From a virus (lineage: Duplodnaviria; Caudoviricetes), in IMG/VR virus record IMGVR_UViG_3300023174_000037: 64,000 nucleotides of DNA, one strand, 5' to 3'. Below are positions 47,702-55,537 of this stretch, in pieces. The position numbers and the translations under genes are program-made. Within the stretch, counting starts at the first letter, position 1, and every line of letters starts with the position of its first letter. The notes below the pieces were generated by a model. The model did no database searches. It was not told where the DNA came from and saw only the letters and a program-made list of their open reading frames with translations.

Positions 47702-48486
47702 CATAATTTATCCAATGTAGTTAATGTTTTTGTCATGTCAGCACAGGTATATTTTTGATACGAATTTTCAAGTTCTTTCGGCATCGAAACAAATGATATC
47801 TGAGATGGATATTTTTTGCCAATCTCTGTTGCTACATCCAAAAATGTTCTAGTTGAACCTGTACCAAAGTTCCATGTGCCTGATTCTTTAACGTCTAAGA
47901 ATCTAAGGTGCATGTCAACTATTTGACCGACATGGATAAAATCTCTGTGATAATTGTTACTGCCATCAAACACTTGAATTTTTCCGATACCACCTCGGGC
48001 TTGTTTTGTAAATTTATAAAACGGACTGGCCTGGTCGCCTTTGTGTTCTTCGCCTTCGGGCCCGTATACATTGAAATATCTAAAAATTTGAGTGGTGTTA
48101 CCGCCCATGTGTCTGTTAATATAACGCTCGCTGAGGTATTTGCTCCAGGCATACGGAGTCTTGGGATCAACAGGTGCATCTTCTTTGAATGTGCTAGTCA
48201 ACCCATATACTGATGCAGAACTGGAAAATTGAAAGTTAACACCAAATGTTTTACAAGCATGATACAGTTGTTCAGTAAAGTCAACATTTTGTCGCATTAT
48301 TTTTTCTACATCTTTTTCAGTTGTAGAACTGATTGCACCCACATGAATCACCCAGTCTTGATCGATAACACTGGGCATAGCACCGTCACTCCACTCGTAA
48401 GTAGAAACACAGTGACCTTTTTCTTCTAATGCTTTGAGTAATTGTGAACCAATAAATCCATGATGACCAGTTAATAAAATATTCAT
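47701..48486 (-). CDS. hldD: ADP-L-glycero-D-manno-heptose 6-epimerase-like SDR
   Basis: 'LTGHHGFIG', 'SSSASVYG', 'YAWSK', 'FRYFNVYGP..EHKGDQAS', 'RDFIHV', 'YQKYTCAD' follow the HldD/RfaD pattern. Confidence 0.75.
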   Translation of the reverse strand: MNILLTGHHGFIGSQLLKALEEKGHCVSTYEWSDGAMPSVIDQDWVIHVGAISSTTEKDVEKIMRQNVDFTEQLYHACKTFGVNFQFSSSASVYGLTSTFKEDAPVDPKTPYAWSKYLSERYINRHMGGNTTQIFRYFNVYGPEGEEHKGDQASPFYKFTKQARGGIGKIQVFDGSNNYHRDFIHVGQIVDMHLRFLDVKESGTWNFGTGSTRTFLDVATEIGKKYPSQISFVSMPKELENSYQKYTCADMTKTLTTLDKL

Positions 48487-48839
48487 TTTTGACTATCGCC
48501 CTTCATAACTCGATAGTTATCTTCTATTGAGTCGGGTGTGCTTACTTCTATAACTGTGCCAGCTTCAACGCATTCCAATTGATGTGGTTTGCAAGGTTCG
48601 TTGTGCCATACCGCACCATCACGCAATTCTTTTTCGTGTAGTTCGGCAGTCCTGGTATCAATCCATCGCACAATAAATTTACCACTTTGAATATACCAAG
48701 TTTCTTCTTTGTTTCGATGAAAGTGCATACTGAATTTGGCACCGGTTTCAAAGTTCATGAACTTGCCGCAGTATTTGTCGTTGGTAGCCCAGATGTATTC
48801 AGAACCCCAACCTTTAGGAACTAACCCTTTAAGTTGCAT
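48483..48839 (-). CDS. Cupin-domain protein (sugar isomerase-like)
   Basis: 'KGWGSE', 'SMHFHRNKEETW', 'PHQL', 'IEVSTPD'. Confidence 0.75.
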   Translation of the reverse strand: MQLKGLVPKGWGSEYIWATNDKYCGKFMNFETGAKFSMHFHRNKEETWYIQSGKFIVRWIDTRTAELHEKELRDGAVWHNEPCKPHQLECVEAGTVIEVSTPDSIEDNYRVMKGDSQK

Positions 48840-49599
48840 ATATTTCCTCTAAGCGTGGTGCATATACACCTACGTGTTGAACTGTTACTGCTGATGCCTT
48901 GTTTGCAAACTTTACAGCAGCTGGCATGTGTCCTGTGTTCAAAAACTCGTATACTAATGCTGCTAAAAATGTATCGCCGGCGCCGCATACATCAGTTACA
49001 TCGCCTACAATTTCAGCGGCATATACCCAACCATTCCATACTGCTCCGTCTCCACCATGTGTAACAATTAAATGCTCTAGGGAAGGTAAACTTGTTGCAC
49101 AACTTTTTTCTAATGCATTGATCTTAACATAACATCCTGCTAGTCTTGCCAGATCTGTTTTCTTTGTATCTACAAATATAGGACCTGTATACTCTTTACG
49201 TAATTCTTCAATCAGTTCGTAACTAACTGTGCCTTTATTATAGTCGCTGACAACAATGGCATCATACCCGGGTGGAATAAGTGTATCAAAAACAATAGGA
49301 TCGCTTTCGGTATCTCTATCTACTCTAAGTAAATGTTGTTTACTGCGCTCGTCAATCATACGTTGTTTTTTACTGACAGCACCGTGCAGGTAAGTTACTA
49401 TACATCCTAGTGCTTCGAGATTTTTGCATACATTACTGGCCATTCCGTCGCTTGTGATGTTATATCTTGGAACAAATACAGGTACAGGTGCCTCAGGACT
49501 AATACGTTCTACACTGCCATAGGTGTAGGTGTCTTCGCCGGCATCACCTATTAATAATATGTTGAATTGTTTTTGTTGTTGAATGTTCTGTTCTGTCAT
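48829..49599 (-). CDS. PfkB-family kinase, HldE/RfaE heptose-7-phosphate kinase domain
   Basis: 'LIGD...D.Y.YG...RISPEAPVPV', 'SDYNKG', 'DVCGAGDTF'. Confidence 0.85.
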   Translation of the reverse strand: MTEQNIQQQKQFNILLIGDAGEDTYTYGSVERISPEAPVPVFVPRYNITSDGMASNVCKNLEALGCIVTYLHGAVSKKQRMIDERSKQHLLRVDRDTESDPIVFDTLIPPGYDAIVVSDYNKGTVSYELIEELRKEYTGPIFVDTKKTDLARLAGCYVKINALEKSCATSLPSLEHLIVTHGGDGAVWNGWVYAAEIVGDVTDVCGAGDTFLAALVYEFLNTGHMPAAVKFANKASAVTVQHVGVYAPRLEEIYAT

Positions 49600-49942
49600 A
49601 ATACATTACCTGTTTACATAAAGATTCTCCAACTACAGATTTATCTTTGTAGTCGGATCCTTTTACCATAACGTCTGGTTGATATAATTTGATCAGTTCA
49701 ATTAACTTTTCTTTGGTGTCAAACACCCGAACCATATCAACACACCTTAACGCACTTAAAATTTTAACTCGATCATCTTGGGTGTTGATTGGACGCGATT
49801 CTCCTTTGAGCTCTTTTACGCGGCTATCACTGTCTATACACACCAACAATTGGTTACCAAGACTTTTGGCATATTCTAACAATGCAATATGACCAACATG
49901 AAGTAAGTCAAATGTTCCATTGACTATTACTTTTTTGATCAT
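49544..49942 (-). CDS. HldE/RfaE domain II-like heptose-1-phosphate nucleotidyltransferase
   Basis: 'NGTFDLLHVGH', 'LKGESRPIN', 'VKGSDY', 'STTKTI'. Confidence 0.85.
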   Translation of the reverse strand: MIKKVIVNGTFDLLHVGHIALLEYAKSLGNQLLVCIDSDSRVKELKGESRPINTQDDRVKILSALRCVDMVRVFDTKEKLIELIKLYQPDVMVKGSDYKDKSVVGESLCKQVMYYDRTEHSTTKTIQHIINR

Positions 49943-50295
49943 GATATTATTCCTTCTACACGCTTACCTTCTTTGAGAGTCTGCATCAGCTGACGGTTGC
50001 GTTCCTTTTGTTCACCAGCAGCACGTTTCTTGTCATCGCTAACACGCAATATCATGTCGTATTCTCTGGCCCAACGCACACCGTGTAGCCATGTTTCCAG
50101 TTGTTCTAGACTGCCCACATACAGTTCGGCATCTCGTGAATAAATGGGCAAGGCATCCGGATCTTTTGGTACAAGACTTAGGCCTCTTTCTTCGTTTTCC
50201 CAATCGCCATGACGGGGCTTGCTGAATTTGAAACCAAGCGCATCGACTTGTTCTTCTATGCGTTTAATTCTTTGAATTGTGTTCCAACCGCTCAT
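49939..50295 (-). CDS. Hypothetical protein (118 aa)
   Basis: ATGA coupling on both sides. Confidence 0.75.
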   Translation of the reverse strand: MSGWNTIQRIKRIEEQVDALGFKFSKPRHGDWENEERGLSLVPKDPDALPIYSRDAELYVGSLEQLETWLHGVRWAREYDMILRVSDDKKRAAGEQKERNRQLMQTLKEGKRVEGIIS

Positions 50296-50477
50296 TCTTC
50301 AACTCCAATGTCTAAATCTTGTGTGACCATGTCGACTATGCTGCTATAACAGGTAGGACAAAAAGCAACAGGAAGGATACCAAAATATCCCACAACTCCG
50401 CCCTCGTCTTCGTTAAATTCACAACTGCATACATTACACTTGTGCTCATCACCTACGTGTTCAAAGCCTTTAATCAT
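50292..50477 (-). CDS. Small zinc-ribbon-like protein (CNVC...CPTC)
   Basis: Two CxxC pairs; likely start ATG 50477 with a GAGG SD. Confidence 0.65.
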   Translation of the reverse strand: MIKGFEHVGDEHKCNVCSCEFNEDEGGVVGYFGILPVAFCPTCYSSIVDMVTQDLDIGVEE

Positions 50478-50601
50478 TTGTAACCTCAATTTTAATTAGC
50501 GGTCCTCTTACAATTTGTCGCTGTTTAGGAAAGTCAGTCCAGTTGATGTATAGTGCTACGAACATAACGACAATCACTATGGCATCAACTGTTTTTCTCA
50601 T
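50470..50601 (-). CDS. 43-aa single-TM membrane protein (not in ORF track)
   Basis: MRKTVDAIVIVVMFVALYINWTDFPKQRQIVRGPLIKIEVTND*; fills the gap. Confidence 0.55.
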   Translation of the reverse strand: MRKTVDAIVIVVMFVALYINWTDFPKQRQIVRGPLIKIEVTND

Positions 50602-51232
50602 GCCGTTCAATGTGTTCTCGTAACACAGTTTCAACCAGCTGATTCAATGTGACATCACGTTCATGTGCCAACTTCATCAAGTCAAATAATTGATCATTGT
50701 CCAAAGTCAACGGCATCTGAACACGAGTGTCATAATCTTCGCCGGCTACAATGGCCTGTGCTTTTTCCAACCAATCTTCAACGACATCCAAATCAACAAA
50801 CTTGACATCGTCCCATGCTTGGTTCAAGTCAACTATTCGTTGTTTAGCTTCTTTTTCGTACGCCTTGACAAATCCAGGATTGATAATACGATAAGCACGA
50901 TTATGGGTATAATCGCACACTTCCGCTTCATACACAGTTTGATCCCGGGTATCAAAAATAATGCTACCACTTACACCACCGGCATCGTGAATGCCGTTCC
51001 ATGAATCCAAGGTATAGGCATTGGGCCCGTAACATTCCCAACCGTATTCGCTGCCTTCGGTAATGCGGTAACCAAATGTTTCAAAAAATTGTTTCAAGGT
51101 AATCATAGGTTCATTTCTATTAAAGGTCACAGGTTCTTCCCAAAATGCACATTCACACACATATTCCCCAGCTTGATGCGAAGCATTTCTCATATACCCA
51201 TGTGGTGCGTCTGGATGAGTTTTACAAGTCAT
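50585..51232 (-). CDS. Hypothetical protein with C-terminal ribbon-helix-helix-like segment
   Basis: 'LFDLMKLAHERDVTLNQLVETVLREHI'; AAGGA SD. Confidence 0.7.
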   Translation of the reverse strand: MTCKTHPDAPHGYMRNASHQAGEYVCECAFWEEPVTFNRNEPMITLKQFFETFGYRITEGSEYGWECYGPNAYTLDSWNGIHDAGGVSGSIIFDTRDQTVYEAEVCDYTHNRAYRIINPGFVKAYEKEAKQRIVDLNQAWDDVKFVDLDVVEDWLEKAQAIVAGEDYDTRVQMPLTLDNDQLFDLMKLAHERDVTLNQLVETVLREHIERHEKNS

Positions 51233-51241
51233 TTTATTTCC

Positions 51242-51421
51242 TTAATCAAACTGAACGTCAACAATTTGACCATTATGGATAATGTAATAACAATCAACAA
51301 GACCATAACTAACCCAAACACACTCGTTTCCAGGACGCATAGTGTAGTTGGTAACGCCTCGTTTCAATAAGTCATCAATGACCAATAACCTATCAAACGT
51401 GTTTACTTCTTGCAACATCAT
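51242..51421 (-). CDS. 59-aa hypothetical protein (not in ORF track)
   Basis: MMLQEVNTFDRLLVIDDLLKRGVTNY...IVDVQFD*; ATGA overlap with the stop of 51418..51600. Confidence 0.65.
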   Translation of the reverse strand: MMLQEVNTFDRLLVIDDLLKRGVTNYTMRPGNECVWVSYGLVDCYYIIHNGQIVDVQFD

Positions 51422-51600
51422 TCAACTCCGAAATGTTCACGAATCAAATCACCCTGCGTCCGGCCACCTTCAGCAAGTATCCAATCGACTTGGCTGGCAC
51501 ATTCCCGAACAATCAACCGGGCGAATTCTTCAAGACGCACATGGCTAATACAATGTTCTACTTGTGCTTTTACAGCAATCTCTTTAAGATGTTCGTTCAT
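51418..51600 (-). CDS. Hypothetical protein (60 aa)
   Basis: TAATG coupling to the VWA gene; 'EEFARLIVRECA...HFGVE' typical of small phage proteins. Confidence 0.7.
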   Translation of the reverse strand: MNEHLKEIAVKAQVEHCISHVRLEEFARLIVRECASQVDWILAEGGRTQGDLIREHFGVE

Positions 51601-52889
51601 TAGTGATTCTTTTCTTCTTCATAGTAAGCAAACTGACCAAATGGTGGAACAATCGTAGTGGTGCCATGCATGATAAACACCGTGTCGCAATAGTTCTCAT
51701 CACCCCAACTACCGCAAGGATATCCGTCTGTGAACATGATATGACGCTTGGGTTCAATTTCATTTTCTTTGAAATAGCGGAACACACAATCAAAGTCGGT
51801 GCCGCCACCACCCATGACTTCATATTCTGTAATGTCGTCTAAGTTCTCACTGTCAAACTGTTGCGGATTATACACTTCAGTATCAAAGCTCACCACATGA
51901 ATACGATAGTTAGGGAACTGTTCCATAATACCAGCTACCTCACCCAGCACATCTTTCAGTATCTTTTCGCCCATTGAACCTGACGCATCAATACTGATAG
52001 CAATGTCAATCATTGGTTCCAGTTTCATACCCGGCATAACAGCATCCATGTGCCAACCTCTACGACTGCTACGCAACCAGGTATAGTCACTTTTGATAGT
52101 GCTCTCCAATTGCATACGAATAAGCTCACGCCAATTCATTTTAGGTGCAGTCATATCTTGGATGATGCGTTTGACACCAGCAGGCAAGTTACCAGCACCA
52201 TCACTTGCAGCCGCGGCCGCCAGCACTGCTTCTTTGATTTCGTCACGGATCTTTTGTTTTTCTTCTGCACTGTATTTGGGACGGCCTCGGCCTTTTTCTT
52301 TACCGTCGCCATCCTTGTCGCTACCTTCACCGTCACCTTCGCCATCCAAGTGCTCGTCCAGCATTTTTTCAATCAAACTGCCGATGTCAATCTTTTCAGC
52401 GTTCTCGTACAAGATATCATAGATTTCTTCTGAACTCATGTCTTGATACTTGGCATCGTACAGGCATGGTACCGTGGTAATAAACTCGCCTACACGATGT
52501 TTCTTCAAGTCAGCATTGACACAATAATCATTGGCAATGTTAAACAATTGCGGATCGCGATCGCCTCTGCGGCCAAAGTGATCATACACACAATGCAGGA
52601 CCTCGTGTCCAAACAAGAACTCAACCTCTTTGGGTTTGAGCATGTTGACAAACCGACTGTTATAGTAAAAATTACGGCCGTCTGTGGCGGCAGTAGGACA
52701 CCATTCGTCAGCATTTACCAACTTAAGACGGGTGGCCAAGTTGCCAAAGAAGCTGGCACGGAGTAGCAGGCCCACACGGGCAGTTATCAATTTTTCGCGA
52801 ATCTCGCGATCTAATTTAGGGTCCGTGGCACCCACTAAATTCTTAAATTTATCTGCTTCTTTTTTATTTGCTGTAGTGGCTGTGCTCAT
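51600..52889 (-). CDS. Putative metallopeptidase + VWA domain protein (DUF2201-like)
   Basis: 'AATDGR', 'HEVLH' HExxH, acidic Gly-rich linker, MIDAS 'DASGS', 'GGGGTDF', 'FTDG'. Confidence 0.88.
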   Translation of the reverse strand: MSTATTANKKEADKFKNLVGATDPKLDREIREKLITARVGLLLRASFFGNLATRLKLVNADEWCPTAATDGRNFYYNSRFVNMLKPKEVEFLFGHEVLHCVYDHFGRRGDRDPQLFNIANDYCVNADLKKHRVGEFITTVPCLYDAKYQDMSSEEIYDILYENAEKIDIGSLIEKMLDEHLDGEGDGEGSDKDGDGKEKGRGRPKYSAEEKQKIRDEIKEAVLAAAAASDGAGNLPAGVKRIIQDMTAPKMNWRELIRMQLESTIKSDYTWLRSSRRGWHMDAVMPGMKLEPMIDIAISIDASGSMGEKILKDVLGEVAGIMEQFPNYRIHVVSFDTEVYNPQQFDSENLDDITEYEVMGGGGTDFDCVFRYFKENEIEPKRHIMFTDGYPCGSWGDENYCDTVFIMHGTTTIVPPFGQFAYYEEEKNH

Positions 52890-52917
52890 AAGTGTCCTAA
52901 ATTTTTACTATACTAAT

Positions 52918-52946
52918 ATTATACAATAAAGGCCTTTTCCGGTCAA
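52918..52946 (-). promoter_or_regulatory. Sigma70 early promoter (TTGACC-17-TATAAT)
   Basis: Near-consensus; near-identical copy at 53403-53431. Confidence 0.85.
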
Positions 52947-53377
52947 CCAGCAAGAATCTTGTAAATTCTACTGGCTAGCACCCGTTCTCTGCGCCATGCT
53001 TCCTGCTCCCAGGGCTGATCCCAATAACCTGCTTGGACCTTTTTACCCATCCAATAGAATGTGGGTTTTTCGCCACGGTATTTAACCTGCGTTTGACCCA
53101 GTGCAAATTGCTTGACATGCACCATTTCGTGACATAGGGTAGAGATCAATAACTCACTATCCAATGCAGAATCCAATAACATTATAATAGAAGTTGGAGT
53201 ATCTGGATCCAGTCCAACAACTCCACGCATACCGTCTCTTTTGACCAGTCCACGATCACTTCTGATAAGCAAATTAAAACGACTGCGAGTGAGTTTCAGT
53301 TCTGGAATCAATACTCGTACCAATGAATCAATTAGAGCTCGACGACCTTTACTACGACATACTATTTGGTACTGCAT
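52943..53377 (-). CDS. HExxH zinc metallopeptidase-like protein (144 aa)
   Basis: 'CHEMVHVKQF', 'PWEQEAW'. Confidence 0.7.
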   Translation of the reverse strand: MQYQIVCRSKGRRALIDSLVRVLIPELKLTRSRFNLLIRSDRGLVKRDGMRGVVGLDPDTPTSIIMLLDSALDSELLISTLCHEMVHVKQFALGQTQVKYRGEKPTFYWMGKKVQAGYWDQPWEQEAWRRERVLASRIYKILAG

Positions 53378-53402
53378 TTACTTCCTTGGTGTTTAAGTTT
53401 AT

Positions 53403-53431
53403 ATTATACAATAAAGGACTTTCCTGGTCAA
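53403..53431 (-). promoter_or_regulatory. Sigma70 early promoter (TTGACC-17-TATAAT)
   Basis: Near-consensus; AAGGAAG SD downstream. Confidence 0.85.
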
Positions 53432-53434
53432 CCG

Positions 53435-53737
53435 CTAGGTGTTTAGGTATTTTAGTGCAAACCAAGTTTGCTGGGCTTCGTTGTAAAAATCAAGATGCAC
53501 TTGATCTTCATAATGATAACGATGTGTCCAACCTTCTTCTTTCATTGATTCCCATTCTATGGGATTGTGCGGAACTAGACCTTTATGATGTCTAACAGTA
53601 AATCCCAACTCTCGTTTGCATTTTGCAGATATAAGCATGATACTAATACCATATTCGTTCCTGAGTCGCTCGGCTAGGTCGTACCATTCATACGGTTTAT
53701 GGAATATGATCAAATTTTTCTTAACGGTTATTTTCAT
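53435..53737 (-). CDS. Small protein, C-terminal 'FxLK(Y/F/W)' family
   Basis: Ends 'LDFYNEAQQTWFALKYLNT'. Confidence 0.7.
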   Translation of the reverse strand: MKITVKKNLIIFHKPYEWYDLAERLRNEYGISIMLISAKCKRELGFTVRHHKGLVPHNPIEWESMKEEGWTHRYHYEDQVHLDFYNEAQQTWFALKYLNT

Positions 53738-53945
53738 TGGGTAAACCTTTGACTAAATCGATAGCACGTTGAGCATACGTACCCATTCGACCGCCCTGAT
53801 CCATACGTGCTATATCTTCTAGTGCAGTCATCATAATTTCGGCCTCTTCGGCCATTTTAAAACAACGATTGCGTAGGTTGCCAGCTTCTATCCATGACAT
53901 ACACATAGATATAAACTTGGCAATTAGCACACTCCAGTTAATCAT
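53721..53945 (-). CDS. Hypothetical protein (74 aa)
   Basis: ATGA coupling; helical sequence. Confidence 0.65.
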   Translation of the reverse strand: MINWSVLIAKFISMCMSWIEAGNLRNRCFKMAEEAEIMMTALEDIARMDQGGRMGTYAQRAIDLVKGLPNENNR

Positions 53946-54166
53946 AAAAATTTTAATCGAAACATCAGAGCGTCTCGCTCGTTAGCAAACCAATAACAAT
54001 CTTCGTGCGGCCCTTCTACAATCACCGCCATGGCAATATCTGGAAAGTCTTTCCACCAAGCAATATTCCATTCACCTATGTTGGCCAAACACCAAGGCTC
54101 GCACTCTTTATAATGAGTGTAAGTTTTGACAGGAATAGTCAAGTGTGGATTTCGATCTATGGCCAT
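53942..54166 (-). CDS. Small protein, C-terminal 'FxLKF' family
   Basis: 'PWCLANIGEW...YWFANERDALMFRLKFL'. Confidence 0.75.
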   Translation of the reverse strand: MAIDRNPHLTIPVKTYTHYKECEPWCLANIGEWNIAWWKDFPDIAMAVIVEGPHEDCYWFANERDALMFRLKFL

Positions 54167-54414
54167 TACTTAAACCGCAATCTAAACAAGGTAGCATCCG
54201 CAGGATCAATAAAATAAAAAGCCGATACTTCATCAAAATACACACTGACATCGGTAGTTTCTACCAACTCTGACCAGACCAAACTTAGGTTCTGTTCTCG
54301 GCAATACCGCTTCATTTGCCACATCCTAAATGCAGGATCTCCAATCAATACCTGATGGCATTGGCTCAGCACTTCTTCAGGAGGTCTAGGTAGTGTCCAG
54401 TTATTGGTATGCAT
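54166..54414 (-). CDS. Small protein, C-terminal 'FxLRF' family
   Basis: 'FYFIDPADATLFRLRFK'. Confidence 0.75.
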   Translation of the reverse strand: MHTNNWTLPRPPEEVLSQCHQVLIGDPAFRMWQMKRYCREQNLSLVWSELVETTDVSVYFDEVSAFYFIDPADATLFRLRFK

Positions 54415-54695
54415 TATTGTCCAAACTTCAATAGGAATACAGTGTATTTCTTTTCATCCACTACTACATAATCAAGATCGATGCCACCCAGCTTGTGATT
54501 TACAGTGAGCTTGACACCGTAGTATTCTCGCATGTAGTCTTCAAAGGTAAGGAATCCTTGGCCTATTGGAACGGCCTCAGCCAACTGATCCCATTCTTTT
54601 TTAGCCTGTTGTAGTCGTGCAAAATTTTGGGTATCGCCGCCAATGACAGTGTCTAAACGAGCCGCGGTGTTGCGATAGTATTCGTCTTTACTCAT
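54414..54695 (-). CDS. Small protein, C-terminal 'FxLKF' family
   Basis: 'YVVVDEKKYTVFLLKFGQ'. Confidence 0.75.
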   Translation of the reverse strand: MSKDEYYRNTAARLDTVIGGDTQNFARLQQAKKEWDQLAEAVPIGQGFLTFEDYMREYYGVKLTVNHKLGGIDLDYVVVDEKKYTVFLLKFGQ

Positions 54696-55096
54696 AAACT
54701 TAGATAATCTATTGCTGTCTTTAAACGGTCAATATCATCGTTAAAATTACCAATTGCTCTGTTGCAATCGTGACACAACCAACCACGAAATTGGTTAGTA
54801 TCGTGATCATGATCACAACACCAAGTGCCTGATTTTTTTCCGCCACGGCCACGAACCTGTTCTTCCGTTCTTTTACAAATTGGACATGCATGATTCACCG
54901 GTACAGGCGGAGCAGTTTCTTTGATCAGTTTACGCACTCGTCCTAGTTCTTTTTCACAGGCACGGCATTCAGATCTTAGATAGTTGCCACCGCTGGCCTT
55001 ACAAAAACTTCCTAACGGCAAGTCTTGGTCGCAGATTCTACAAACTTTGGTTTCGTCGTCAAGACCATCAAATAGTTGAGCAATATTATTCATCAT
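54692..55096 (-). CDS. Endonuclease VII-domain protein with N-terminal Zn finger
   Basis: CRIC...CRAC; 'CPICK', 'DHDH', 'RGWLCHDCN', 'AIDYL'. Confidence 0.85.
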   Translation of the reverse strand: MMNNIAQLFDGLDDETKVCRICDQDLPLGSFCKASGGNYLRSECRACEKELGRVRKLIKETAPPVPVNHACPICKRTEEQVRGRGGKKSGTWCCDHDHDTNQFRGWLCHDCNRAIGNFNDDIDRLKTAIDYLSL

Positions 55097-55367
55097 CCCA
55101 CCACTTGATTACTTTTGCTTTGAGTTTGACTAATGTAAACTCGCGTGGATCTACCCACCGATGTCCATGCCACGCTGGATGCACTTGATATACACCGTTA
55201 CGATTCTCCAACCATACACGACTGCTACGGGCTACAAACTCGTCGTGTGTTTTAAAACACATCTTACCGTTGTCCGCAGGGCTACAATTGGCCATGCACC
55301 AATAACGCCATTTGTCGCCAAAAACTGTAACTTCGTATTTAGGATCTATTTCGTAATAGTAATCCAT
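55086..55367 (-). CDS. Hypothetical protein (~93 aa)
   Basis: Likely start ATG 55367 (TAATG coupling); 'WRYWCMANC'. Confidence 0.7.
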   Translation of the reverse strand: MDYYYEIDPKYEVTVFGDKWRYWCMANCSPADNGKMCFKTHDEFVARSSRVWLENRNGVYQVHPAWHGHRWVDPREFTLVKLKAKVIKWWDDE

Positions 55368-55537
55368 TATCCCCACCTCAACATAAACAACACATAATCA
55401 CTGTCTAACTCAAACTCAAACACACCTTCTGAGATAAACAACCAAGGTCCTTCACAAGTTTGGCTACACCAATCAATGCAAGGTTGCCAACCTTGATATG
55501 GTGTCTTGTTCGGTGGCATGATACTGGCTATTTTCAT
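55367..55537 (-). CDS. 56-aa protein, C-terminal 'FxLRW' family (not in ORF track)
   Basis: MKIASIMPPNKTPYQGWQPCIDWCSQTCEGPWLFISEGVFEFELDSDYVLFMLRWG*; ATGA overlap with the radical SAM stop. Confidence 0.7.
   Translation of the reverse strand: MKIASIMPPNKTPYQGWQPCIDWCSQTCEGPWLFISEGVFEFELDSDYVLFMLRWG

Noticed and set aside
19653-49942. DNA hypermodification as the definite role of the island
   Set aside because: No dNMP hydroxymethylase, 5-hmU kinase, TET/JBP or preQ genes in this window, and thyX suggests normal dTMP synthesis. Not excluded, since such genes could lie elsewhere; kept only as an alternative.
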